Below are positions 7,837 to 16,271 of a DNA stretch of 32,000 nucleotides, in pieces. A model generated the notes under the pieces. That model searched no databases, was not told where the DNA came from, and saw only the letters and a list, made by a program, of their open reading frames with translations. The stretch spans positions 930,001-962,000 of the forward strand of contig NZ_CP007754.1 of the NCBI RefSeq assembly GCF_000757865.1. Reading direction: 5' to 3'. Origin of the DNA: Prochlorococcus sp. MIT 0801 (GTDB lineage Bacteria > Cyanobacteriota > Cyanobacteriia > PCC-6307 > Cyanobiaceae). Every line of letters starts with the position of its first letter. The first letter of the stretch is position 1. Made by a program: the position numbers and the translations under genes.

Positions 7837-8438
7837 TAGTTAATTTCCTAGTAAATCATTTTTCCTTGGCAATTTATTTAATTCTTAAATCTAAATTTGA
7901 ATAATAATGTAGAAAAATATTTGCTTTTTTCAAAATGTAAATGTCAATTAAGGTTTAGCGTAACTTAAAGATTTGCATCAGATAAAAAAGAACTTCTATG
8001 TTGGCAAAAACTAAGTGAACAATATAGATCAATGTGGAGTTGGACAGTTCCAGGAGATTATTTTGTTTTTAACCAAATAAAGGATTTTTCTGTCATATCA
8101 AATAAAGAGTTATCAAACAAATTTGCTGTATTAAAGATTGACATAACTCAAGTTGATCAATTATTTCTTCATAAACTATTGATATAAGTAGAAGATGGCT
8201 ACTTGCAAAAGAATGGAAAGAGGAGCGGATAAACCCTTAAATAATTTAGGATGATAAAACTTACTGTTGGAAAAGATTCATTATATTCCTATCAGCCTAA
8301 GGATTTTGATAGCAATTTATGTAACTAAAGCTAAGTGAATTGATTAATCATAATTCAACAGAGAAATAGAAAAGGAGATTAATGAAAAAACTAAAATTAA
8401 GTTATTTCAATGGTTGATAAATGCAATCACGTTTTTGA

Positions 8439-8603
8439 TTATTCCCCCCCTCCCCAGGCTTTGTGCTTTCTATCTAGGTCAGATATTGAATTACACTGAG
8501 CCTTTAATTTTAAAAGATAGGAAACTTTCGAAATCTTAGTATATGAAATCTTAATGGGGTCTTCCACCATAGACTGGTATGCGTTTAAGTAATCACTACT
8601 CAT
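8439..8603 (-). CDS. Small hypothetical protein (54 aa) ending ..HKAWGGGE, with a homopolymer tract in its last codons
   Basis: Hand translation on the minus strand: MSSDYLNAYQSMVEDPIKISYTKISKVSYLLKLKAQCNSISDLDRKHKAWGGGE. There is no paralogue or recognisable family, so support is the ORF alone. Confidence 0.3.
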   Translation of the reverse strand: MSSDYLNAYQSMVEDPIKISYTKISKVSYLLKLKAQCNSISDLDRKHKAWGGGE

Positions 8604-9060
8604 TAAGTTCAGAAGTGCTATATTTTTTATATTTACTACAGCAGTAAATCAAATTAATTTTTTTTAATTATCTCTTTGTCTTTGCTTAACAAGGTTAAGC
8701 AGCATTATAAGTTTTTCTACTTAATTTAATTTCTAAAACCTACCCGACTCTAAACTACATTCATAAATTGAAGTTGCTTTAGCTACGACTTTTGAAAATT
8801 TTAATCAATGGAATCAAGTCTCTTTAGCTACTAGTTTAGGAGAGTGGCATTCATTTTTTATAGTTAAGCAGTTTAGTCGCTAGTAAGCTTTATTCAATGA
8901 CCTCAAATAAATATAGATCTCAAGATTTCTTCCGAAGAAGACCATCCTCAATTATCATGCTTACATACATACCTTTTTCATTTCAGTTATGATTGATCTT
9001 ATTCAAGGATAGTATCTTGAATAATTATCTGTTACTCTGTTAATTTTTAGGTATCTGTTT

Positions 9061-9134
9061 GTCAGTGTAGCTCAGCCGGTTAGAGCACAGCATTCATAAC
9101 GCTGAGGTCGAGAGTTCAAGTCTCTCCACTGACA
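9061..9134 (+). tRNA. tRNA with anticodon CAU (elongator tRNA-Met type; tRNA-Ile2/lysidine cannot be excluded)
   Basis: Cloverleaf folded by hand. The acceptor stem pairs GTCAGTG with CACTGAC. The D arm is TAGCTCAGCCGGTTAGAGCA. The anticodon stem is CAGCA/CGCTG around the loop TTCATAA. The T arm is GAGAG-TTCAAGT-CTCTC and the discriminator is A. No CCA is encoded. It lacks the initiator signatures (a 1:72 mismatch and three G-C pairs in the anticodon stem). Confidence 0.9.
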
Positions 9135-9262
9135 TTATCTAATAAAAATAAAGCCCAGATGAATATTATTGATAATTAAATGAAATTAGAGCTTTTTTAC
9201 GTTTTATTTTTCTGTTACTATTTTTCTTCCGTATATAAGATTTAAATACTTTAAGGTAGACA

Positions 9263-9673
9263 TTATTTCATCTCTACATTATCAAGACGTTCGTTGAATG
9301 TTGTAAAGCATGAGTCCACGTTTGATTTTAATAGATCGTTGAATGAGCTATCATTTTGACTACCAATATTATTATTTTTTGTTTGATTGTATATAGAAAA
9401 ATTTTTGGCATTATTAAAACTTACAGTTGATTTATTACTATTGACTTGTTTGTTTTGATTAGAACCTTTAGAAAAGGAACTATTCTGTATCGGTGGTACA
9501 TTTGATTTATTTTTTTTGTCAATAAAATCCTTTGGCTGAATAGATATTGAATTTTTCTTGTTATTTAGAGGATACTTTTTAACTTCATTTCTCAACTGAT
9601 TTAATAGCTTATAATGATTTGAAGAACTAAATTTTTTCACAAGTGAAGGGTCCCAACTTATTGAATCATTCAT
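9263..9673 (-). CDS. Hypothetical protein (136 aa) with an Asn/Ser/Lys-rich low-complexity centre
   Basis: ORF-track entry with structured-looking termini (WDPSLVKKFSSSNHYKLLNQLRNEVKKYPL at the N-terminus, CFTTFNERLDNVEMK at the C-terminus) flanking the low-complexity sequence. Confidence 0.55.
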   Translation of the reverse strand: MNDSISWDPSLVKKFSSSNHYKLLNQLRNEVKKYPLNNKKNSISIQPKDFIDKKNKSNVPPIQNSSFSKGSNQNKQVNSNKSTVSFNNAKNFSIYNQTKNNNIGSQNDSSFNDLLKSNVDSCFTTFNERLDNVEMK

Positions 9674-9799
9674 TTTTATTGATTATGCTTGCTTAGATAG
9701 AAAGAGTAAAAGTCCCTTTGAACTTTACATGATAAATTATACAGAGGAATAGGGGAAGTTCTTTACTCTCCAAACCATTCAAAATACGCAACAAATTCC

Positions 9800-10396
9800 A
9801 TGACGACAAACGAGTGCCTAAGGGTAGGAATGCAAGCACCCGATTTTGCTACTACAGCAGTAGTTGATCAAGAATTTAAGGACATAACACTGTCTCAGTA
9901 CAGAGGAAAGTATGTGATTCTATTTTTCTATCCATTAGACTTCACATTTGTTTGCCCCACTGAAATCACGGCTTTCAGTGACAGATATACCGATTTCAGT
10001 AGCAAAAACACAGAAGTTTTAGGTGTTTCAGTAGATAGTAAATTCTCTCATCTAGCTTGGATTCAAACACCAAGAAATGAGGGAGGAATTGGAGATATTA
10101 ACTATCCTTTAGTATCAGACCTAAAACGTGAAATTTGCCAGGCTTATAATGTTCTAAACGAGGATGGTGAAGCTGATAGAGGTTTATTTATAATTAATCC
10201 AAGTGGAATAATTATGCACTCAACGATAAATAAAGCACCTGTTGGACGTAATATAGACGAAACTCTAAGAGTATTACAAGCATATCAATACGTTGAATCC
10301 CACCCTGATGAAGTATGTCCAGCTGGATGGACGCCTGGTGACAAAACCATGAAAGAAGATCCTAAAGGTAGTAAGGAATATTTCTCAGCACTATAA
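9800..10396 (+). CDS. Typical 2-Cys peroxiredoxin (thioredoxin peroxidase)
   Basis: The peroxidatic Cys motif DFTFVCPTE and the resolving Cys motif VCPAGW are both present. Length (198 aa) and overall sequence fit the AhpC/BAS1 type. Confidence 0.92.
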   Translation: MTTNECLRVGMQAPDFATTAVVDQEFKDITLSQYRGKYVILFFYPLDFTFVCPTEITAFSDRYTDFSSKNTEVLGVSVDSKFSHLAWIQTPRNEGGIGDINYPLVSDLKREICQAYNVLNEDGEADRGLFIINPSGIIMHSTINKAPVGRNIDETLRVLQAYQYVESHPDEVCPAGWTPGDKTMKEDPKGSKEYFSAL

Positions 10397-10416
10397 AAGT
10401 TAAAATAAAGTTTTAC

Positions 10417-12144
10417 TTAATTGGTAGATAAGAACGAATTAAGTGAATCAATAACATAATCAGATTCAAGAGTTTCCTTAACTATTAATTCATCAACAAG
10501 ATTATCCATTAAGGAAACTTTATCTGAAAGAAGGAATATTGCATGATTAAGAGCCTTATTTGCTATTGAAATTATTTGCTTATCAATCTCCATGCTCGTC
10601 TTCTGAGAATATTCTGTTCTATTTTTCATAATATCTTTTCCAAGAAAAATCGAATCTTTTTCTGAATCATATGCAATTGGTCCAAGATCAGAGAAACCAA
10701 ATTTTGTAACCATTTGATTTGCCCAAAAATATACATTTTCTAGATCCTTTTGTGATCCTTGAGTAACTTCATTAGTACCAAAAACAATAGTCTCAGCAGC
10801 TCTAGAACCAAGTGAAATAACAATTTTATTGTAAATGTAGTTACGGGTTAAAAGTCCACTGTCTATGGTCTCTTCATCTGGAGTGAAATAAGTCATTCCA
10901 GAAAGATCTCCAAGAGACTTAAATAAAGAGATTTTTTCTAATTTATCTTGCGTCGGAATCAATAAAGCAACAATTGTTTTACCAATAATTTGATAAGCAA
11001 TTTGTCTTTTTTTTGTCTGATCTGAAAGCGGCTTAGACAATATGCCAAATCGTGTTTTTTCAAGAGCGTTTTCTAGTTCAATAGTGCTAATGACTGACTT
11101 ATTATTTCTAGCAGCATAGATTGCAGCCTCATTCAAAAGGTTTTGCAAATCTGCACCAGAAAAACCAGGCGTCTTAGTAGCCCAGTCTTGAAGATTAACC
11201 GTATCGCATAAGGGTTTTGTCCTTGCATGCACAGATAAAATTTTGTGTCTAGCTTTTCGATCAGGTAGGGATATGTCAATACGACGGTCAAATCTACCAG
11301 GCCTAGTTAACGCTCGATCAAGAATATCGGGTCTATTAGTAGCCGCAATTACTATGACACCATTATTAGCTTCGAATCCATCCATCTCGGTTAGGAGCTG
11401 ATTTAGTGTTTGCTCTCTCTCATCGTTGCCACCGCCTATTCCGGCTCCCCTTTGTCGTCCAATAGAGTCAATTTCATCTATGAAGACAATGCAAGGTGAC
11501 TTTGATTTTGCACTTTTAAATAAGTCGCGAACACGTCCAGCTCCAACACCTACGAACATTTCAACAAATTCTGAAGCAGAAATAGAAAAAAAAGGAACAT
11601 CAGCTTCTCCTGCAATTGAGCGAGCAAGTAAAGTCTTACCGGTTCCAGGTGGACCAACTAACAAAACACCCTTGGGCGTTTTAGCTCCAAGATCTATCAA
11701 TGTCTGTGGATTCTTTAAAAAAGTTACTATTTCCTTTAATTCATCCGTTTCTTCGTTTAATCCAGCCACATCATCGAATGTATATTTTCTAATATCCTCT
11801 TCATTTACTTGAGATGTGCGACCTGAAAAATTCTGCAGATTGTTTAATAACTTGGATGATCTTCTAATTACAAATGCAAGAGAAAAAACAAATATCAATG
11901 TAAGGCCAAAACCTGTGATGATGCTGGCCAATCTTTGATCTGACCTAATATCTCTTACAGTAAGAGGAACATTATATTCTTCTGATACACGAAGTATTTT
12001 CTGATCATTATAAAATATTGGAATTATTTTTTTCTGCCCATTAATTAATTCAACAATGACTTCTCTTCTATTTGGAATTAAAATAATTGAAATAATTTCA
12101 CCACTTTGAATATCCTTTAATAATTGACTATAACTTTTACTCAT
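10417..12144 (-). CDS. FtsH-family AAA+ protein with a degenerate (HEXXH-less) M41 protease domain
   Basis: Walker A GPPGTGKT, Walker [10 protein letters not shown] and the second region of homology [20 protein letters not shown] are intact. At the position of the M41 zinc motif (AYHEAGHA in FtsH) the protein reads AYQIIGKT, and no HExxH occurs anywhere in the 575 aa. There is one hydrophobic helix (residues about 72-93). Confidence 0.85.
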   Translation of the reverse strand: MSKSYSQLLKDIQSGEIISIILIPNRREVIVELINGQKKIIPIFYNDQKILRVSEEYNVPLTVRDIRSDQRLASIITGFGLTLIFVFSLAFVIRRSSKLLNNLQNFSGRTSQVNEEDIRKYTFDDVAGLNEETDELKEIVTFLKNPQTLIDLGAKTPKGVLLVGPPGTGKTLLARSIAGEADVPFFSISASEFVEMFVGVGAGRVRDLFKSAKSKSPCIVFIDEIDSIGRQRGAGIGGGNDEREQTLNQLLTEMDGFEANNGVIVIAATNRPDILDRALTRPGRFDRRIDISLPDRKARHKILSVHARTKPLCDTVNLQDWATKTPGFSGADLQNLLNEAAIYAARNNKSVISTIELENALEKTRFGILSKPLSDQTKKRQIAYQIIGKTIVALLIPTQDKLEKISLFKSLGDLSGMTYFTPDEETIDSGLLTRNYIYNKIVISLGSRAAETIVFGTNEVTQGSQKDLENVYFWANQMVTKFGFSDLGPIAYDSEKDSIFLGKDIMKNRTEYSQKTSMEIDKQIISIANKALNHAIFLLSDKVSLMDNLVDELIVKETLESDYVIDSLNSFLSTN

Positions 12145-12317
12145 TTGATAATTAAATCAACTAATTCAGATGAATTTATATACTAACTATAGTAAAAATG
12201 ATATCGAACTTGAGTTTATATAGAAAAAGAGACAAGAAGTTAGTTTTTCCTTAAATTATTTTTGTTAAATTGGTACTTGACGTTATAAAATAAAAGGTCT
12301 GTAACTGTTCAGCAAAA

Positions 12318-12497
12318 ATGGCGGTACCCAAGAAAAAAACCTCTAAAGGGAAGAGAAATCAAAGACTTGCAACATGGAAAGGTAAAGCTGCTATTTCAGC
12401 AGAAAAGGCCTTATCAATAGGAAAGTCTGTACTTACTGGAAGGGCTCAGGGATTTGTTTATCCAATGAATGAGACTTCAGAAGATGAATCTGATTGA
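12318..12497 (+). CDS. rpmF: 50S ribosomal protein L32 (59 aa); below the ORF-track cutoff
   Basis: Hand translation: [59 protein letters not shown]. The [10 protein letters not shown]-x-KRNQR N-terminus is the L32 signature. Confidence 0.88.
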   Translation: MAVPKKKTSKGKRNQRLATWKGKAAISAEKALSIGKSVLTGRAQGFVYPMNETSEDESD

Positions 12498-12503
12498 GGA
12501 TAA

Positions 12504-12830
12504 TTAAGAACCAAGCTTATAGGCTTCAAGAATTAGAGCATAAGTAGAGCCAATTCTAATATTATTTATTATTGTTACGGGTATTGAAGTTTTAGATATC
12601 AGATAAGATCTAATTACTAACTCCATAATCAATAATATTATAATTGCTAGAAATATTGTATTAAAGGATTTATCTAATAAAAAAGAAAGAAAACTATTGG
12701 TAAAATAAAAACCTAAGAGTAACGAAAGTAATAATACACTCCTCTTACCCCATGTGTCAGAGATAATTGGATTGAAGATAATGACAAGTGAATCTAGTAA
12801 TTCACTGAATTTAGTTTTCTGCATTTTCAA
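12504..12830 (-). CDS. Small membrane protein, possibly Ycf20/DUF565-like
   Basis: ORF-track entry with 2-3 hydrophobic helices. The track start is a TTG at 12828-12830, and an ATG two codons downstream (12822-12824) is the likelier start. The family name is tentative. Confidence 0.55.
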   Translation of the reverse strand: MKMQKTKFSELLDSLVIIFNPIISDTWGKRSVLLLSLLLGFYFTNSFLSFLLDKSFNTIFLAIIILLIMELVIRSYLISKTSIPVTIINNIRIGSTYALILEAYKLGS

Positions 12831-13573
12831 TTTATAATATTTTCCAAATAATCGAAATCAACATTATTACTAATCAACTTTTTACCATAAATTAGCTTCG
12901 ATGGATTATCAAAATCACCAAGGCTATTCAAACAAGCATTGGCTTTTTTCGTAACCTTTTGTTGAGAATCAGCCCAAGGGGGCAAAATTAAAAGGCAATT
13001 AAGATTTGCCGCCTTAGCAGCCTCAACTCCATTCATAGAGTCCTCAATAGCAAGGCAATTATATTGTGATTTCTTACTTAATTTAAGTGCCCGCTCATAT
13101 GCATCAGGAAAAGGCTTGTGCTTACTTACATCTTCATAAGTAATAAATCCAGAAAAATAATTTAGTTGCGAACTCAATGAAGTTTTTAAAAAGGGTATCA
13201 GGGAATCTCTACCACTGGTCGTAACAATGAATTGCATTATGTCAAATTTATAAAGTTCATTAATAAGCCTCAGAACACCTTCTCTTACTTCAATTTTCCC
13301 AGATTCAATTAATTGCTTGTAATGAAAACGCTTTCTCGATTGAATTTCGGAACATTGGCTCTCACTAAGCTCACTGCCTATTTTGTTTCGATAATGGATT
13401 ATCCGGTTAAATCCCCCTGATATTTTTAGCAAATCCAAATATTGGCATTCATTCCACTTCCAATCCAAATCAAAATCCTTAAAGGCCAAATTAAAAGCTA
13501 CTCTATGCCCACATAATTCTGTGTCGGCTATCGTTCCATCCACATCCCAAAATACTGCTTCTAGTTTATGCAT
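12827..13573 (-). CDS. HAD-superfamily phosphatase, CbbY-like
   Basis: HAD motif I is present (FWDVDGTIADTE), along with motif II (VTTSG) and the C-terminal EDSMNGVEAAKAA motif. Size and sequence resemble cyanobacterial and plant CbbY-type sugar-phosphate phosphatases. Confidence 0.8.
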   Translation of the reverse strand: MHKLEAVFWDVDGTIADTELCGHRVAFNLAFKDFDLDWKWNECQYLDLLKISGGFNRIIHYRNKIGSELSESQCSEIQSRKRFHYKQLIESGKIEVREGVLRLINELYKFDIMQFIVTTSGRDSLIPFLKTSLSSQLNYFSGFITYEDVSKHKPFPDAYERALKLSKKSQYNCLAIEDSMNGVEAAKAANLNCLLILPPWADSQQKVTKKANACLNSLGDFDNPSKLIYGKKLISNNVDFDYLENIIN

Positions 13574-13634
13574 GTTTTTTTAGTATAAAACAAATATAAT
13601 TCTGATTAGTAAATAATCAATCAAGGATAAGCTT

Positions 13635-15524
13635 TTGGAAATAGATAATGAGATGCTCAATAGATGGATATTACCTAAGCCAATAAATGAAAATGAGTTT
13701 ACTAATATTAATTTAAATCACATTCTACAAGCTGTCTTAATTAGAAGAGGGATCGATTTAAATAATGAATTTGACGAATATATAACTCCATCTGATCTTC
13801 CAAATCCCGAGTTCCATTTTGATGACTTAGGAAAAGCGACTCAAAGAATAATTCAAGCTTGCGTTAATAAACAAAAAATTGCGATATGTGGTGACTATGA
13901 TGCAGATGGTATTACAAGCACAGTACTTTTAGTTGAATTATTAACTACACTTGGGGCAATAGTTAAGCCATTTATACCATCAAGACAAGATGAGGGTTAT
14001 GGCCTTAATAAAAACATGATAAATCAAGTAAATAATCAACAAATAAAGCTGATTATAACCGTAGATAATGGGATATCAGCATTTGAAGCAATAAAAAAAT
14101 CTAATGAACTTGGAATTGATTTAATTATCACAGATCATCACAAAATACCTGAAAAAACAATGGATATCTTTTCTCTTATACATCCAGAAAGAACTCCAAT
14201 TAACTCACCGTATAAATATTTGGCAGGTGTTGGTATTGCATATCTATTGGCAAGGAATATATGTAAAAAGATAAATCATGATATTAATGATACTTCCGCA
14301 AATGTATTTTTTTGTATTGGAACAATTGCGGATATGGCTCCTCTTAAGGGAGCTAACAGGAAATGGCTTAAAGAGTGTTTACCACAAATAAATAGAACCA
14401 ATAATAAAGGAGTAAAATCTATTATAAAGAAGCTATCTATTGAAAATACTGATATAACACCAGATGATATAGGTTATAAGATTGCTCCATTAATAAATGC
14501 TGTCGGTAGAATTGGTAATCCAAAACTTATTATTGATCTCTTTACAAATGATACGAATGAATCTGTAGTTAAACTTACAAAAGATTGTTTTGCTATGAAT
14601 AAAGAAAGAAAAAGATTAACTTCCTTAGTTGAAGAAGAGGCTCTGCAAATAGCAGTAAGTGAATATAGAAGTGATAGAAAATTTCTAGTCCTAACGAAGA
14701 GTGAATGGCACCCGGGAATAATAGGAATAGTAGCCGCTAGAATGGTTGACAAATTTAATTTACCTACCGCTCTACTTGCAGAAGCAAATGATGGTAATTT
14801 CAGAGGATCTATTAGATCAAATAACAAATTAAAGGTAAATCAGGCGTTAGCTGAATGTGATGATCTTCTAATAGCACATGGAGGTCATTCGGCTGCTGCA
14901 GGTTTTTCGATTAAGAAAGAAAATATACATCATCTTAGAGATAGGCTAAATAAAATAGCTTATCGGGAATTTAAAAATATAAATCTAGAAAAGTCAATTA
15001 AACCAGATGCATCTATTAGTTTTAAAGATATTACTTATAATTTTTACTGTCAATTACTATTGATAGGTCCTTTTGGAGTTATGAATCCTAAGCCAATTTT
15101 TTGGACAAGAAAGTGTATGGTTTTAGATATAAGTAAACTAAATGGTGGACATTTGAGAATGACTCTTAATGATGGAACTTCCACAATAGAGGCATTAAAG
15201 TGGAATACAACTCTTGAAATAAAGAAAAATGATCTAATAGATATTGCCTTTTATATTGAGATCAATAGATGGAAAAAAGTAAACTCAATGCAATTAAATA
15301 TATTAGATATTAAAAATCATAAAGAAATTGTCAGTTTAAAATTGTACGACCGTCATTACGATTGCCAATTAATTGACAATAAAAATATTTTAATCACTAA
15401 CTCAAAAGGTGAGTGTTTTAGTTCAGACCTATCATCATCTTCAGATAATCTTAATGAAGCACAAAAGGTATTTGCAAAAAAAATTCTTACTTTCGCAAAA
15501 CTTGCACTCGGAAAGGCCGCTTAG
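13635..15524 (+). CDS. recJ: Single-stranded-DNA-specific exonuclease RecJ
   Basis: DHH-family motifs GDYDADGITS, VDNG and ITDHH are present, together with the DHHA1 motif GGHSAAAGF. The track start is TTG 13635, and ATG 13653 is an alternative. Confidence 0.9.
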   Translation: MEIDNEMLNRWILPKPINENEFTNINLNHILQAVLIRRGIDLNNEFDEYITPSDLPNPEFHFDDLGKATQRIIQACVNKQKIAICGDYDADGITSTVLLVELLTTLGAIVKPFIPSRQDEGYGLNKNMINQVNNQQIKLIITVDNGISAFEAIKKSNELGIDLIITDHHKIPEKTMDIFSLIHPERTPINSPYKYLAGVGIAYLLARNICKKINHDINDTSANVFFCIGTIADMAPLKGANRKWLKECLPQINRTNNKGVKSIIKKLSIENTDITPDDIGYKIAPLINAVGRIGNPKLIIDLFTNDTNESVVKLTKDCFAMNKERKRLTSLVEEEALQIAVSEYRSDRKFLVLTKSEWHPGIIGIVAARMVDKFNLPTALLAEANDGNFRGSIRSNNKLKVNQALAECDDLLIAHGGHSAAAGFSIKKENIHHLRDRLNKIAYREFKNINLEKSIKPDASISFKDITYNFYCQLLLIGPFGVMNPKPIFWTRKCMVLDISKLNGGHLRMTLNDGTSTIEALKWNTTLEIKKNDLIDIAFYIEINRWKKVNSMQLNILDIKNHKEIVSLKLYDRHYDCQLIDNKNILITNSKGECFSSDLSSSSDNLNEAQKVFAKKILTFAKLALGKAA

Positions 15525-15527
15525 CCT

Positions 15528-15611
15528 TTAAACACCTCTTCTGTAGAAAATCAATGCAATGATTGCTGGTCCTGCAAGAAAAACTGCTACTAAAGGCAAT
15601 AGGTTTCCCAT
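15528..15611 (-). CDS. psb30: Photosystem II protein Psb30 (Ycf12), 27 aa; below the ORF-track cutoff
   Basis: Hand translation on the minus strand: MGNLLPLVAVFLAGPAIIALIFYRRGV. The single helix with the LAGPxII...RRG pattern matches Ycf12/Psb30 as I remember it (for example ..IAGPMIIFLLAVRRGNL). The gene is convergent with recJ, with 3 nt between the two stops. Confidence 0.7.
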   Translation of the reverse strand: MGNLLPLVAVFLAGPAIIALIFYRRGV

Positions 15612-15907
15612 GTTGTTTAAAAAATTTTTTTTATCCTACTAAACAACTGGCAATCCCAGCCATTATTTAAAAAATTTTGATGTTCAATAATTTCCTGCTT
15701 GTTTTTAATGCCTAGATCCTGGTTCTCTTAAAATGCTAAAAAAAGACTTTATAGGTATGAAATGATTTAATTATAGATCTTCTTAAATATGGATATAATC
15801 TATAGAAAAATAGGTATTTTCAATTTTAACTTGTTCATCTATAGTGTATTCATAATAATATTTTGTTGAATACAAATAAAAAAAATAAAATCTCTTTAAA
15901 GTAAATA

Positions 15908-16267
15908 ATGGGTAAATCTAATTCAAATTCTAAAATAGAACAAAGTGATCCAAAGGATTCTAATCCTTTTTTAAGTATATTAATTACATCTTTCAGTACA
16001 ATTTTTCTTGCTGAGTTAGGAGACAAGACACAACTTGCAACATTAATTCTTTCTGCTCAGTCTGGTAGACCACTTATAGTTTTCATTGGAGCTGCACTAG
16101 CACTTATTTCTACAAGCCTTTTAGGAGTTCTAATAGGTAGATGGATTGCTAATAACCTACCAAGGCAAAGGTTTACAGTACTGTCGGGAATAGTTATGTT
16201 AAGTTTAGGCTTATACCTAGTAATACAGGGTTTTATTGACTTTATACAAATTAAGAACTTGAGCTAA
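15908..16267 (+). CDS. UPF0016 (GDT1/TMEM165/PAM71-Mnx family) half-transporter, subunit 1
   Basis: One copy of the family signature E-x-G-D-K-T (FLAELGDKTQLAT) and three hydrophobic helices, making a half-size protein. Confidence 0.8.
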   Translation: MGKSNSNSKIEQSDPKDSNPFLSILITSFSTIFLAELGDKTQLATLILSAQSGRPLIVFIGAALALISTSLLGVLIGRWIANNLPRQRFTVLSGIVMLSLGLYLVIQGFIDFIQIKNLS

Positions 16268-16271
16268 GTTA

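Noticed and set aside
8814-8823. The 10-mer TCAAGTCTCT is identical to part of the tRNA T-arm (9116-9125), which could be an att-site remnant
   Set aside because: The match does not extend on either side (about 1-3 of the next 6-9 bases agree). It is too short to distinguish from chance without a genome-wide search, and no integrase is nearby.
11426-11812. 128-aa plus-strand ORF inside the FtsH-like gene
   Set aside because: It lies entirely antisense to the best-conserved AAA+ segment. The Pro/Ser/Thr-rich translation is the typical mirror image of a conserved gene, so it is treated as spurious.
14474-14827. 117-aa minus-strand ORF inside recJ
   Set aside because: It is antisense to a confidently identified gene, has no recognisable motifs, and has a shadow-frame composition.
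15612-15907. Possible yybP-ykoY-type Mn riboswitch upstream of the UPF0016 pair (also checked upstream of terC, 25435-25520)
   Set aside because: I could not see the conserved G-rich four-way-junction sequences. Both leaders are AT-rich, and the terC leader is too short.
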